This document shows, one piece after another, positions 24,075 through 33,312 of a DNA stretch of 64,000 nt; the stretch's first letter is position 1, and the number at the start of each line of letters is the position of its first letter. The translations under genes were made by a program, and so were the position numbers. Location: positions 687 to 64,686 of the forward strand of contig SHAO01000001.1 of assembly GCA_004213215.1 (NCBI GenBank). The letters run 5' to 3'. The notes under the pieces are model-generated. The model was not told where the DNA came from. It ran no database searches and saw only the letters and a program-made list of their open reading frames with translations. This DNA is from Candidatus Pelagibacterales bacterium. Lineage in GTDB: Bacteria; Pseudomonadota; Alphaproteobacteria; Pelagibacterales; Pelagibacteraceae.

Positions 24075-25101
24075 AATAACTGTATTGATACTACTATTAT
24101 TATCAATAAGTAAATCCTTTAGCACAACAATAAATAATATAAATACAGAAAAAGGTGTAATAGCTTTAATGTATCATAGGTTTGAAGAAAATAAATATCC
24201 CTCAACTAATATAAAAAATGAAATTTTTTTAGAACATATAAATGCAATTAATAACTCTGGAATTGAATTTATAACTTTTAATAAATTTGAAGAAATTATT
24301 AAAACTAGTATTGATAAAAACTATTTGCTTTTGACAATTGATGATGCATTTGAATCTTTTTATTTGAACGCCTGGCCAATACTTAAAAATAAAAAAATTC
24401 CATTTATTCTTTTTGTTAGTACAAGAGAGGTTGGAAAATTTGGATATATGGATTGGAAACAACTTAAAGAAGTTGCATCGAATGATTTAGTGACAATTGG
24501 CAATCATAGTCATTCACATGAATACTTAATAGATTGGGAAGATAACAAAATAAAATCAGATCTCGACATGTCCATTAAAATTTTTAGAGATAAGCTTGGT
24601 TATTCTCCTAAAATTTTTTCTTATCCCTTTGGTGAATATAGTAATAGCTTAAAAAAAATTGTTTCTGATTTAAATTTTGAATTTGCTTTTGGACAGCATT
24701 CTGGAGTAATTGATCCTACAAAAGATTTTCTTGAACTACCTAGATTCCCAATAAATGAAAAATACGGAGAGTTGAAAAGATTTAATTCTCTTCTTAAAAC
24801 ATTACCTTTCCCCTACGAAAATATTACACCAGAAAATAGGTATCTTAAAAAAAATGAAAACCCTCCTAAAGTTAAAATTAAATTTTTTGAAAATTTAATT
24901 AATATTAAAAATATTAGTTGCTATTCTAATGAGGGTAATATTTGGAGAAAATCAGACATTCAATTTATGAACAATAATGAAATAATGATTTTGCTGAAAG
25001 ATAAATTTAAAAGTGAAAGAGGTAGAATAAATTGTTCCCTACAGACAAAAAGTGGAAAATGGAGATGGTTGGGTATTCAGTATGTAATTGCAGAATACTG
25101 A
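24046..25101 (+). CDS. Secreted polysaccharide deacetylase (NodB-homology) with extra C-terminal domain
   Basis: Signal peptide KKFIITVLILLLLSISKSFS, then LTIDDAFESFY and HSHSHEY metal/catalytic motifs. The start is a GTG at 24046, which overlaps the tsaB 5' end on the other strand, so the exact start is uncertain. Confidence 0.7.
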   Translation: MLKSIDKKFIITVLILLLLSISKSFSTTINNINTEKGVIALMYHRFEENKYPSTNIKNEIFLEHINAINNSGIEFITFNKFEEIIKTSIDKNYLLLTIDDAFESFYLNAWPILKNKKIPFILFVSTREVGKFGYMDWKQLKEVASNDLVTIGNHSHSHEYLIDWEDNKIKSDLDMSIKIFRDKLGYSPKIFSYPFGEYSNSLKKIVSDLNFEFAFGQHSGVIDPTKDFLELPRFPINEKYGELKRFNSLLKTLPFPYENITPENRYLKKNENPPKVKIKFFENLINIKNISCYSNEGNIWRKSDIQFMNNNEIMILLKDKFKSERGRINCSLQTKSGKWRWLGIQYVIAEY

Positions 25102-25111
25102 GGACTAATTA

Positions 25112-26323
25112 TTAAAGTGCTACACCCTGCTTTAATCTAGTAGGCAGCAAGTTTGCTTTATCAAAATCTGTTAAGGAATTTTTTTCTATAATACTTTCAA
25201 GAATTACAACGTATTTTTCACCATTAGCTGCGTATTTTTTTAAATACTGGGTTAAATCTAAACCTATAATTTTTTTATCTTCCTGTCTAAGCTGTGCTCT
25301 TACTTCTCTAAACTCCTTATATGCATTATGGGTATTTAAATTATTTTTATAGGCTCTAACTGAAGCTTTAAGTATCTGAAATTGTAAAACTTTATGAGTT
25401 TTATTTTTGTCTTTATTTTTAGGAGAAATTCCTTTTTTGCTCCAAGTCCATTGCCCAAATAAAGCATTTCCTTCCAATGCAAATCTAGATGTTCCCCAAC
25501 CACTTTCATTAGCTGCTTGGGCTAAAGCTATTGAAACTGGAATAATATCCATTCTTATTTTGAGTTTAGTTAAATCTTGATCGTCAATTTTGTATTCTTT
25601 AAATCTTCTTTTCAGCCAGATTTTTTCTCCCGCTGTATTAAAATTTTTGGCTAATATTTTAAAAAGTTTTTTTCTGTCATCCATAATTTTTTTATTTTCA
25701 TCAAGTATCAGAGGTAAAACTATTTTGATGAATAGCTCTCTTTTCTTTTTTGTATTACCTAAAGTATTGAGGTCTTTAGGAAGTTTAGTAAGGTATATTG
25801 GCTTAACTTTTTGTCCAGCTCTAACACCCTTAAGGTCATAACCTAAATCATCAAAAAGGTTAGAGGCAGTTTCTGCATTCAAACTTATTGTATTTTCTAT
25901 ACTTTCAAACTCACCCTCTTTTTTTGTTTCAGCTTTTTCAATTTTTTTCTCTTTAGTTTTTTTAGATTTATTAATTTCAGGAGTCTTATATTCTTCAGCA
26001 ACGTAGGTAAATTTTACTTCATCAACTACATTTTTAATATATGGCCTCGTTGCGATCATGAACCCTATAAAAAAAACAATAGCAATAGATAAATAGAAGT
26101 TTCTTATAGAATTTTCTTTTAATTCCTGCTTTGCTATTGCCTTATCGCTAGATCGATTTATTGGTAATTTAATACCGTTTTTAATTAATAATAATTCTAA
26201 TTGCGTGATTGTAAGTCGTTTTGAACTTCTAGCATAACTTTTAATTTCAACTACTCCATATAATTTTCCCAGATGTAGCAATTGATCTCTATATGATTTG
26301 AAAATTTTTTCAATTTTTGGCAT
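25112..26323 (-). CDS. Membrane-anchored Bax/FlgJ-like N-acetylglucosaminidase (GH73-type) protein
   Basis: One TM segment (FYLSIAIVFFIGFMIA) and the C-terminal motif AQAANESGWGTSRFALEGNALFGQ. Confidence 0.65.
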   Translation of the reverse strand: MPKIEKIFKSYRDQLLHLGKLYGVVEIKSYARSSKRLTITQLELLLIKNGIKLPINRSSDKAIAKQELKENSIRNFYLSIAIVFFIGFMIATRPYIKNVVDEVKFTYVAEEYKTPEINKSKKTKEKKIEKAETKKEGEFESIENTISLNAETASNLFDDLGYDLKGVRAGQKVKPIYLTKLPKDLNTLGNTKKKRELFIKIVLPLILDENKKIMDDRKKLFKILAKNFNTAGEKIWLKRRFKEYKIDDQDLTKLKIRMDIIPVSIALAQAANESGWGTSRFALEGNALFGQWTWSKKGISPKNKDKNKTHKVLQFQILKASVRAYKNNLNTHNAYKEFREVRAQLRQEDKKIIGLDLTQYLKKYAANGEKYVVILESIIEKNSLTDFDKANLLPTRLKQGVAL

Positions 26324-26326
26324 ATT

Positions 26327-26881
26327 CTAATTTGCTTCTACACTTTTTACTTCTTTAACATAATGACATAAAAGATTTTGAACACCCTGCTTAAGGGTCA
26401 TTATTGAGCTTGGGCACCCCGAACAACTTCCTTTAAGTTCAACTGTAACAACTCCATCCTTAAAAGACTTAAATGTAATATCGCCTCCATCTCTTGCTAC
26501 AGCAGGTCTAACTTTTGAGTCTAAAATTTCATTAATTTTCTCAATAACAGTATTTGATTTAGTAGGTGCAGAGTTTGGTGTAGATTTTTTAATATCTTTT
26601 TTAATAACAACATCATTTCCCTTAGAATAATAGTCATTAATTTCAGAAATAACACTATGCTTTAAATTTTCCCAGTCTAAATCTTTTTCTTTTTTTACAG
26701 TAATAAAATCTTCTCCGAAAAAAACCATAACGGTTCCATCTAATGATAATATATTATTAGCCAAAGACACTTTAATGTTTTTATCATTTTTTAAAAATTC
26801 CATTGGACCCACTTCAGAAACCTTTTTTCCTGGTAAAAATTTTAAAGTATTTGGATTTGGTGTTTGCTCTGTTTCTATCAT
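26327..26881 (-). CDS. NifU/Nfu-type Fe-S cluster carrier (Nfu_N + NifU C-terminal domain)
   Basis: Nfu_N-like start MIETEQTPNPNTLKF and CSGCPSS cluster-binding motif. Confidence 0.85.
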   Translation of the reverse strand: MIETEQTPNPNTLKFLPGKKVSEVGPMEFLKNDKNIKVSLANNILSLDGTVMVFFGEDFITVKKEKDLDWENLKHSVISEINDYYSKGNDVVIKKDIKKSTPNSAPTKSNTVIEKINEILDSKVRPAVARDGGDITFKSFKDGVVTVELKGSCSGCPSSIMTLKQGVQNLLCHYVKEVKSVEAN

Positions 26882-26924
26882 TATATTTAGTACTATCTAT
26901 TAATATTATAAAAAAAAAATCTAC

Positions 26925-27935
26925 TCAAGAATACTTTGTAAGGCCTAAAATTTTATAAATTTCCTTAATATTGGTTTTTGCTATTAAATCAGCCCTTTTT
27001 GCGCCTTTTTCTAAAATTCCATTTAGATAAACTTCATCTTTTAATAATTTTTTTATTTCCTGTCCGATTGGACAAATTTTTTCTATAAGTGATTCGCTTA
27101 ATTTACTCTTAAAAGTTGAAAAATTTTTTCCACCAAATTCACTTAAAACTTGAGATACTTTTATATTATTTATATTCGCATAGATTGATATAATATTTGA
27201 AACCTCAGGCCTATTTTTAAGCTCATTTAAATCTGAGGGCACCGGTCCGTTATCTGTTTTTGCTTTTTGAATTTTTTGATTAATTAAATCCTTATCATCT
27301 TTTAAATTTATACGACTGTAATCTGATTCCTCTGATTTACTCATTTTTTTCTTTCCATCTCTCAAACTCATTATTCTGGATATTTCTTTTGGAATAACAG
27401 GTTCTACTATTGGAAAAAAATCTTCACATTTAAAGTCATTATTAAATTTTTTTGCAATATCTCTTGTTAATTCTAAATGCTGTTTTTGATCTTCACCCAC
27501 AGGAACATGGGTAGCTTTATATATCAAAATATCAGCTGCCATTAGGTTAGGGTAAACTAGCAAACCTACGCTAGCATTTTCCTTATTTACTCCAGCTTTT
27601 TCTTTAAACTGCGTCATTCGATTCATCCATCCAATTCTAGCCACACAATTAAAAATCCATGCTAATTCACTATGCGCTGAAACACTGGCTTGATTAAATA
27701 TAATATTTTTTTCCTCACTTAAGCCTGAAGCAATAAATGTAGCTATTGTTTCTAAAATATTAGATTTTAATTCTTTTGGATTGTGATGGTTAGTTATTGC
27801 ATGCAAATCAACTACACAATAAATGCATTCAAATTTATTTTGTAAATCAACAAAATTTTTAATTGCACCTAAATAATTTCCCAAATGTAAATTTCCAGTT
27901 GGTTGTACACCTGAAAATACTCTTTTTTTATTCAT
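26925..27935 (-). CDS. trpS: Tryptophan--tRNA ligase
   Basis: GVQPTGNLHLGNYLG (HIGH-type) and KMSKS motifs. Confidence 0.95.
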   Translation of the reverse strand: MNKKRVFSGVQPTGNLHLGNYLGAIKNFVDLQNKFECIYCVVDLHAITNHHNPKELKSNILETIATFIASGLSEEKNIIFNQASVSAHSELAWIFNCVARIGWMNRMTQFKEKAGVNKENASVGLLVYPNLMAADILIYKATHVPVGEDQKQHLELTRDIAKKFNNDFKCEDFFPIVEPVIPKEISRIMSLRDGKKKMSKSEESDYSRINLKDDKDLINQKIQKAKTDNGPVPSDLNELKNRPEVSNIISIYANINNIKVSQVLSEFGGKNFSTFKSKLSESLIEKICPIGQEIKKLLKDEVYLNGILEKGAKRADLIAKTNIKEIYKILGLTKYS

Positions 27936-27947
27936 ATATAAAAATTA

Positions 27948-29474
27948 TTATTTAAATTTAATATCCTTAAATTTAAAAGCTCCTGAAAAATTTGAAACAA
28001 AAAAGTAACTTAATAAACTAATAATCACTATAGTAAATAAGTACACAAATTTCCAACTTTCATTATATTCAAATTTGTCTGAAAAAAAGCCTAATAATAA
28101 ATACAATATAATTCCCATTACAACCACAGATAATATTATACGAGGAAATTTATAAAAAAAACTTTTATCAAAATAATGGAAATTTCTTTTCCTTATAAAA
28201 TAAAAATGAAAAAAAACATTAATCCATGAAGCAATAGAAGTTGCAATTGGTATAATGACAAACCCAAGTTTATTGAAAAATGATATACTAATCATAATAT
28301 TTAAAATTACAGACATAACTGATAGATAAAAAGGTGTTTTAGTGTCGTTTCTAGCAAAAAAGTAATTGGAAAATATTTTTAGTATTGAAAATGCTGGTAC
28401 ACCAAATGCAAAGAATGTTAGTGCCATAGCGGTATTAACTACACTGTTATTATTAAACGAACCATAGCCAAATAATGAAGTAATAATTTGTTCTGATGCT
28501 AACACTAAAGCTACTGCAGCAGGTATAGATAAGAATAAGCAGAGTTCTAAAGCTCTATTTTGTAAATTAGTAATTTCTCCAAAATTATTATTTTTTACGT
28601 GTTTAGATAATTCAGGAAGCATAACTGTACCTACCGCAATACCAGCAACTGCAAGATTAATTTGGTATACTCTATCAGCATAATAAAGATATGAGACTGC
28701 GCCAGCTTGAAAAGAAGCTATAATTGTACCCACCAAAATATTAATTTGTGTAACGCCAGATGAAAAAATACTAGGAAGCAATTTACGAAAGAAAAATTTT
28801 ATTTTTTCATCTATTTTTATTTTAATACTTAAAATTGGTTTAAAATTTTTTCTTACAAAAAATAGTAAGATTAGCAATTGCAAAAAACCAGCTACTGCAA
28901 CAGCATATGATAATATAACAACATTAGGTGTTTTAAACCATTGAGAAAAAAATAGTGCAGCAATTAATAGAACATTTAATATAATGGGAGCAGCCGCAGC
29001 CGCAGCAAATTTATTATACGAATTTAGTATAGCTGCAAAAAAAGAAGCTAAACATATAAAAAGTAAAAAAGGAAAAGTAATTCTACTTAATTCTACTGCA
29101 AGTTTTAATTTTTCTGGATCTTGGTAAAATCCTGGAGCTATTAAAAAAATTAATTGTGGCATAAAAATTTCTGCCACTATTACAAAAAAAAATAAAATAA
29201 TAAAAAGTAAGTTAAATACTTCTTTAGCAAAACTGTCTGCTTCTACTTTACTTTTTGTTAAGGCGCCTGTGTAACTTGGAATAAATGCTGCATTAAAAGT
29301 TCCTTCTGCAAATAATCTTCTAAAGGTATTAGGCAATCTAAATGCAACAAAAAAAGCATCTGCAAAAATGCTTGTGCCTAAAAAAATTGCTATTAAAATA
29401 TCTCTAACATAACCAAGAACTCGACTTATCAAGGTAAAAAAACCAAATGTAGAGGTTGAAGCTATTAAGTTCAT
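27948..29474 (-). CDS. murJ: Lipid II flippase MurJ (MviN)
   Basis: RVLGYVRDILIA...FRLPNTFRRLFAEGTFNAAFIP, a polytopic membrane protein, in murJ-trpS order. Confidence 0.9.
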   Translation of the reverse strand: MNLIASTSTFGFFTLISRVLGYVRDILIAIFLGTSIFADAFFVAFRLPNTFRRLFAEGTFNAAFIPSYTGALTKSKVEADSFAKEVFNLLFIILFFFVIVAEIFMPQLIFLIAPGFYQDPEKLKLAVELSRITFPFLLFICLASFFAAILNSYNKFAAAAAAPIILNVLLIAALFFSQWFKTPNVVILSYAVAVAGFLQLLILLFFVRKNFKPILSIKIKIDEKIKFFFRKLLPSIFSSGVTQINILVGTIIASFQAGAVSYLYYADRVYQINLAVAGIAVGTVMLPELSKHVKNNNFGEITNLQNRALELCLFLSIPAAVALVLASEQIITSLFGYGSFNNNSVVNTAMALTFFAFGVPAFSILKIFSNYFFARNDTKTPFYLSVMSVILNIMISISFFNKLGFVIIPIATSIASWINVFFHFYFIRKRNFHYFDKSFFYKFPRIILSVVVMGIILYLLLGFFSDKFEYNESWKFVYLFTIVIISLLSYFFVSNFSGAFKFKDIKFK

Positions 29475-29526
29475 CTTGACATGTAAGCCTTATTTTTGTG
29501 ACAATTGTAAGATACTTGCTTTTCAA

Positions 29527-31812
29527 ATGAAGAAAAAGTCGAAAATAGAAAAATATTCAGATCAACAAGCTTTAGATTACCACAATAGTGGAAAGCCTGG
29601 AAAAATCGAAATTTTATCCTCAAAGCCAATGACAAGTAAAAGAGATTTAGCGCTTGCTTATTCTCCAGGTGTTGCTGCTCCAGTTAGAGTAATAGCACAA
29701 AATCCAGATGCAGCTTACGATTATACAACTAAAGGAAACTTAGTTGCAGTTATTAGTAATGGATCAGCCATACTTGGTTTAGGAAATCTAGGTGCTTTAG
29801 CTTCGAAACCTGTAATGGAAGGTAAGGCGATTTTATTTAAACGTTTTGCAGATATTGATTCTATCGATTTAGAAATAGATTCCTCAAATGTCGAAGAAAT
29901 CATCAATTGTATATCAGTACTTGGAAAAAGTTTTGGTGGTATTAACTTAGAAGATATAGCGGCGCCAGACTGTTTTATAATAGAAGAAAAACTAAAAGAA
30001 AAATTAGATATTCCAATATTTCACGACGATCAACATGGAACTGCAATAATAACTTTGGCAGCTTTAATAAATGCTTTGGATGTATCAAAAAAATCAATAA
30101 AAAAAATTAAAATTGTTGTGAATGGTGCCGGTGCGTCAGCAATGGCATGTTCAAATTTATTTAAGAAGAGTGGAGTTTTGAGTAAAAATATCACGATGAT
30201 AGATAGAAAAGGTGTCATCTATAGAAATAGAGATAACCTTAACCAATGGAAATCTGCGCATGCAATTGAAACAAAAAATCGAACGCTTGAAGACTCAATT
30301 AAGGGAGCTGATGTTTTTTTAGGTTTATCAGCCAAGGGCATCCTAACAAAAGCTATGGTAAAAAGCATGGCCAAAGATCCAATAATTTTTGCTTGTGCAA
30401 ACCCTGATCCTGAAATTAATCCAGAAGACGTTCATGAAGTAAGAAATGATGCAATAGTTGCAACTGGTAGATCAGATTATCCAAATCAAGTAAACAACTT
30501 AATTGGTTTTCCTTATATTTTTAGAGGTGCATTAGATGTGAGAGCTAAAACAATTAATGAAGAAATGAAAGTGGCAGCTGCACATGCAATAGCAAAACTT
30601 GCAAGGGAATATGTTCCTGATGAAGTTGTGGCAGCAATGGGTGGTGAAAGACCAACTTATGGAAAAGAATATATAATTCCATCCACTTTCGACCCAAGGC
30701 TAATTAGTGTAATTCCAGTAGCAGTAGCAAAAGCAGCGGTGAAAACGGGGGTCGCTAGAAAAAATATAGAAAATTTTGAAATTTACAAAGAACAATTAAA
30801 ACAACGACTTGATCCTTCAACAACAATTATGCAGGGTGTAAATAATCAAATAAAAAAATCTCAGAAAAAAGTTGTCTTTGCTGACGGTGAAGATGAAAAC
30901 ACTTTAAAAGCTGCAATAGCTTTTAAAAGTAATGGCCTAGGGATTCCGGTATTAATTGCAAAAAAAGAGATTGTTAAAAAAAAACTTAAGGAAATTGGTT
31001 TAGATGAAAATTATAAAATAGAAATTATTAATTCCACTGATAAAGGAAAAAGGGAGAAATATGGAAAAATTTTATATAAAAAATTACAACGTAAAGAGGG
31101 TTTGCTAGAAAGAGACTGCGATAGGTTAGTCCGAAATGATAGGGTAATTTGGGGTACTTGTATGGTTTCATGTGGAGATGCAGACGCAATGGTTACTGGA
31201 AATACAAGACGTTATACATCAACATTAGATAAAATTGAGCGTGTGGTCGATGCAAGATCAGGAGAAATAGTTTTTGGTCTAAACATAATGGTAAATAGAG
31301 GCAGAACAGTCTTTGTATCCGATATAGCCGTTCATGAAATACCTACAGCAGAACAGCTAGCCAAAATAGCAATATCATCTGCAAGAATCGCAAGATTATT
31401 TGGTTTTGATCCAAAAGTAGCATTTTTATCTCATTCTACTTTTGGTACTCCAAAAACAAAAGCAACAAAAAATCCAAGAGACGCCGTTGAAATATTAAAA
31501 GAAAAAAAAGTTAAATTTAAATTTGATGGTGAAATGCAACCAGATGTAGCTCTAGATGAAAAGTATAAAGATCTTTATCCATTTTCAGAAATAGTTGGTA
31601 ATGCGAATGTGCTAATAATGCCAGGAAGACACAGCGCTGCAATTTCATTTAAATTATTGAAAAGCTTGAGTGCAGTAAAGGTAGTGGGACCTTTGTTAAT
31701 TGGCTTAGGAGAACCAATCGAAATTGCACCTCTTAGATCATCAACTAGTGAAATATTAAATTTAGCTTCCGTAGCTGCATATTCAGCAGATATAATTGAC
31801 TATAAAAAATAA
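29527..31812 (+). CDS. maeB: NADP-dependent malic enzyme (malic enzyme + PTA-like domain)
   Basis: LALAYSPGVA, NGAGASA and a C-terminal phosphate-acetyltransferase-like domain. I set the start at ATG 29527 (MKKKSKIEKY...) rather than the TTG at 29476 used by the track. Confidence 0.9.
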   Translation: MKKKSKIEKYSDQQALDYHNSGKPGKIEILSSKPMTSKRDLALAYSPGVAAPVRVIAQNPDAAYDYTTKGNLVAVISNGSAILGLGNLGALASKPVMEGKAILFKRFADIDSIDLEIDSSNVEEIINCISVLGKSFGGINLEDIAAPDCFIIEEKLKEKLDIPIFHDDQHGTAIITLAALINALDVSKKSIKKIKIVVNGAGASAMACSNLFKKSGVLSKNITMIDRKGVIYRNRDNLNQWKSAHAIETKNRTLEDSIKGADVFLGLSAKGILTKAMVKSMAKDPIIFACANPDPEINPEDVHEVRNDAIVATGRSDYPNQVNNLIGFPYIFRGALDVRAKTINEEMKVAAAHAIAKLAREYVPDEVVAAMGGERPTYGKEYIIPSTFDPRLISVIPVAVAKAAVKTGVARKNIENFEIYKEQLKQRLDPSTTIMQGVNNQIKKSQKKVVFADGEDENTLKAAIAFKSNGLGIPVLIAKKEIVKKKLKEIGLDENYKIEIINSTDKGKREKYGKILYKKLQRKEGLLERDCDRLVRNDRVIWGTCMVSCGDADAMVTGNTRRYTSTLDKIERVVDARSGEIVFGLNIMVNRGRTVFVSDIAVHEIPTAEQLAKIAISSARIARLFGFDPKVAFLSHSTFGTPKTKATKNPRDAVEILKEKKVKFKFDGEMQPDVALDEKYKDLYPFSEIVGNANVLIMPGRHSAAISFKLLKSLSAVKVVGPLLIGLGEPIEIAPLRSSTSEILNLASVAAYSADIIDYKK

Positions 31813-31824
31813 AAAGAGGTTTTG

Positions 31825-32421
31825 CTACTCTCTTTGTCTACTTAAATCAGAAGTCATTAAAATACTAGTTATAAGTTCTTCAAGATCTACTATTTGCTTT
31901 GCTTCTTCAATAATTTCTTTTTTTTCATTTTCACCATGTGCAATTCCAAAAACATAAGTTTTTTGATTAATTGTATCAATATTAAAATTGGCTGCTTTTA
32001 TATTTTTATTTAAAATCATTGCGGTTCTTAATTGAGAAGTTATTAAAACATCTTTAGCTACATTGATAAAAGAAAATTTTTGCTTAATTGCAATGTTGTT
32101 TTTAACTGATCTGGCACCTTTTGTTTCCCATGCCATTTTTGTGATTTTTAATTTCTCCTCAGGTTCATCAACTTTTCCACCCAAAAATATCCTCCCATCA
32201 AGAACCTTAACAGATATTTTAACTAGGTATTTTTTTTCAGATAAAGTTAATCTTGCTAATAAGTTTTTTTGCATAATTGAATCGTCTATTTGAGTACCTA
32301 AAGTTCTAGGATCTAAAGCTACACTTACACCTGTTCCAAAAACTCCACCAGTTGAAGAGCCAACACAAGCACTAAGTAAAAAAAGAAGGGATAAAAATAT
32401 AATATTTCTTTTTAGATTCAT
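31825..32421 (-). CDS. BON-domain lipoprotein (DolP/YraP/OsmY-like)
   Basis: Lipobox LLSAC followed by two BON-like repeats. The start is at M7 of the track ORF, whose ATG overlaps the rsmI TGA as ATGA. Confidence 0.6.
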   Translation of the reverse strand: MNLKRNIIFLSLLFLLSACVGSSTGGVFGTGVSVALDPRTLGTQIDDSIMQKNLLARLTLSEKKYLVKISVKVLDGRIFLGGKVDEPEEKLKITKMAWETKGARSVKNNIAIKQKFSFINVAKDVLITSQLRTAMILNKNIKAANFNIDTINQKTYVFGIAHGENEKKEIIEEAKQIVDLEELITSILMTSDLSRQRE

Positions 32422-33266
32422 TTTTTTATTTTTAAACAAAAATTATACACTATTTTTTTTTTTAAATTTTCCTTTTTTGAAATAAATTCGACAACATCTT
32501 TATGACTATATTTTTTTAACATTTTTTTTATTTCTATTTTAACTGATTCGTCTATTTCTTTTTTAATATTTTTATCTACAATTTTCTCTGATAAAACTAC
32601 CGTTAATTCTCCCTTTAAATTTTGTGATAAGCTTTTAATTGATAAAACCTTATCTCTTATGAATTCTTCATGCATTTTTGTCATTTCTTTTGCGATTAAT
32701 ATTTTTCTATCCGAAAAATATTTCTTAAATTGCGAAATATAAAAATTAATTTTTGATGCAGGAATAAAAAAAACAATTGAATAATCTAAATTTCTTAAAC
32801 TTTTAAGTGCATTATTTAATTCATTTTCCTTTTTTGTGAGAAACCCGTAAAATAAATACTTATCATAAAATCCAGAAATACTTACTGCTGCTGTCACTGC
32901 AGAAGGACCTGGAATTGGACTAACATTTAAATTTTCTTCTATACATTTATTAACTAGTATTATACCAGGATCAGAAATAGTTGGTGTTCCTGCATCAGAA
33001 ATTAATGAAACAATTTTATTTTTTTTTATAGATTCAATTACATTTTTACTAACCTTTTTTTCATTAAATTTGTGATAAGGCAAAAGTTTACTTTTAATTT
33101 GAAGATGGGAAAGTAATTTGCCTGATCTCCTTGTATCTTCACATAAAATTATATCTGATTTTTTTAATATATTTAAAGATCTTAAAGTTATATCTTCCAT
33201 ATTACCAATAGGAGTAGACACCAAATAAAGTCCAGGATTGATTGTCTGTTTTTTGTTTTTGTCCAT
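32418..33266 (-). CDS. rsmI: 16S rRNA (cytidine1402-2'-O)-methyltransferase RsmI
   Basis: LYLVSTPIGNMEDITLRSLNILKKSDIILCEDTR tetrapyrrole-methylase-fold motif. Confidence 0.9.
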   Translation of the reverse strand: MDKNKKQTINPGLYLVSTPIGNMEDITLRSLNILKKSDIILCEDTRRSGKLLSHLQIKSKLLPYHKFNEKKVSKNVIESIKKNKIVSLISDAGTPTISDPGIILVNKCIEENLNVSPIPGPSAVTAAVSISGFYDKYLFYGFLTKKENELNNALKSLRNLDYSIVFFIPASKINFYISQFKKYFSDRKILIAKEMTKMHEEFIRDKVLSIKSLSQNLKGELTVVLSEKIVDKNIKKEIDESVKIEIKKMLKKYSHKDVVEFISKKENLKKKIVYNFCLKIKK

Positions 33267-33312
33267 TTAATGCCTAAATTGCATTTTATGTTATTTAAGC
33301 TAATTTAAAACT

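Noticed and set aside
29476-29513. A TTGACA hexamer (29476-29481) as the maeB promoter in the murJ-maeB spacer.
   Set aside because: No acceptable -10 hexamer lies at 16-18 nt. TAAGAT is 26 nt away. I left it unannotated.
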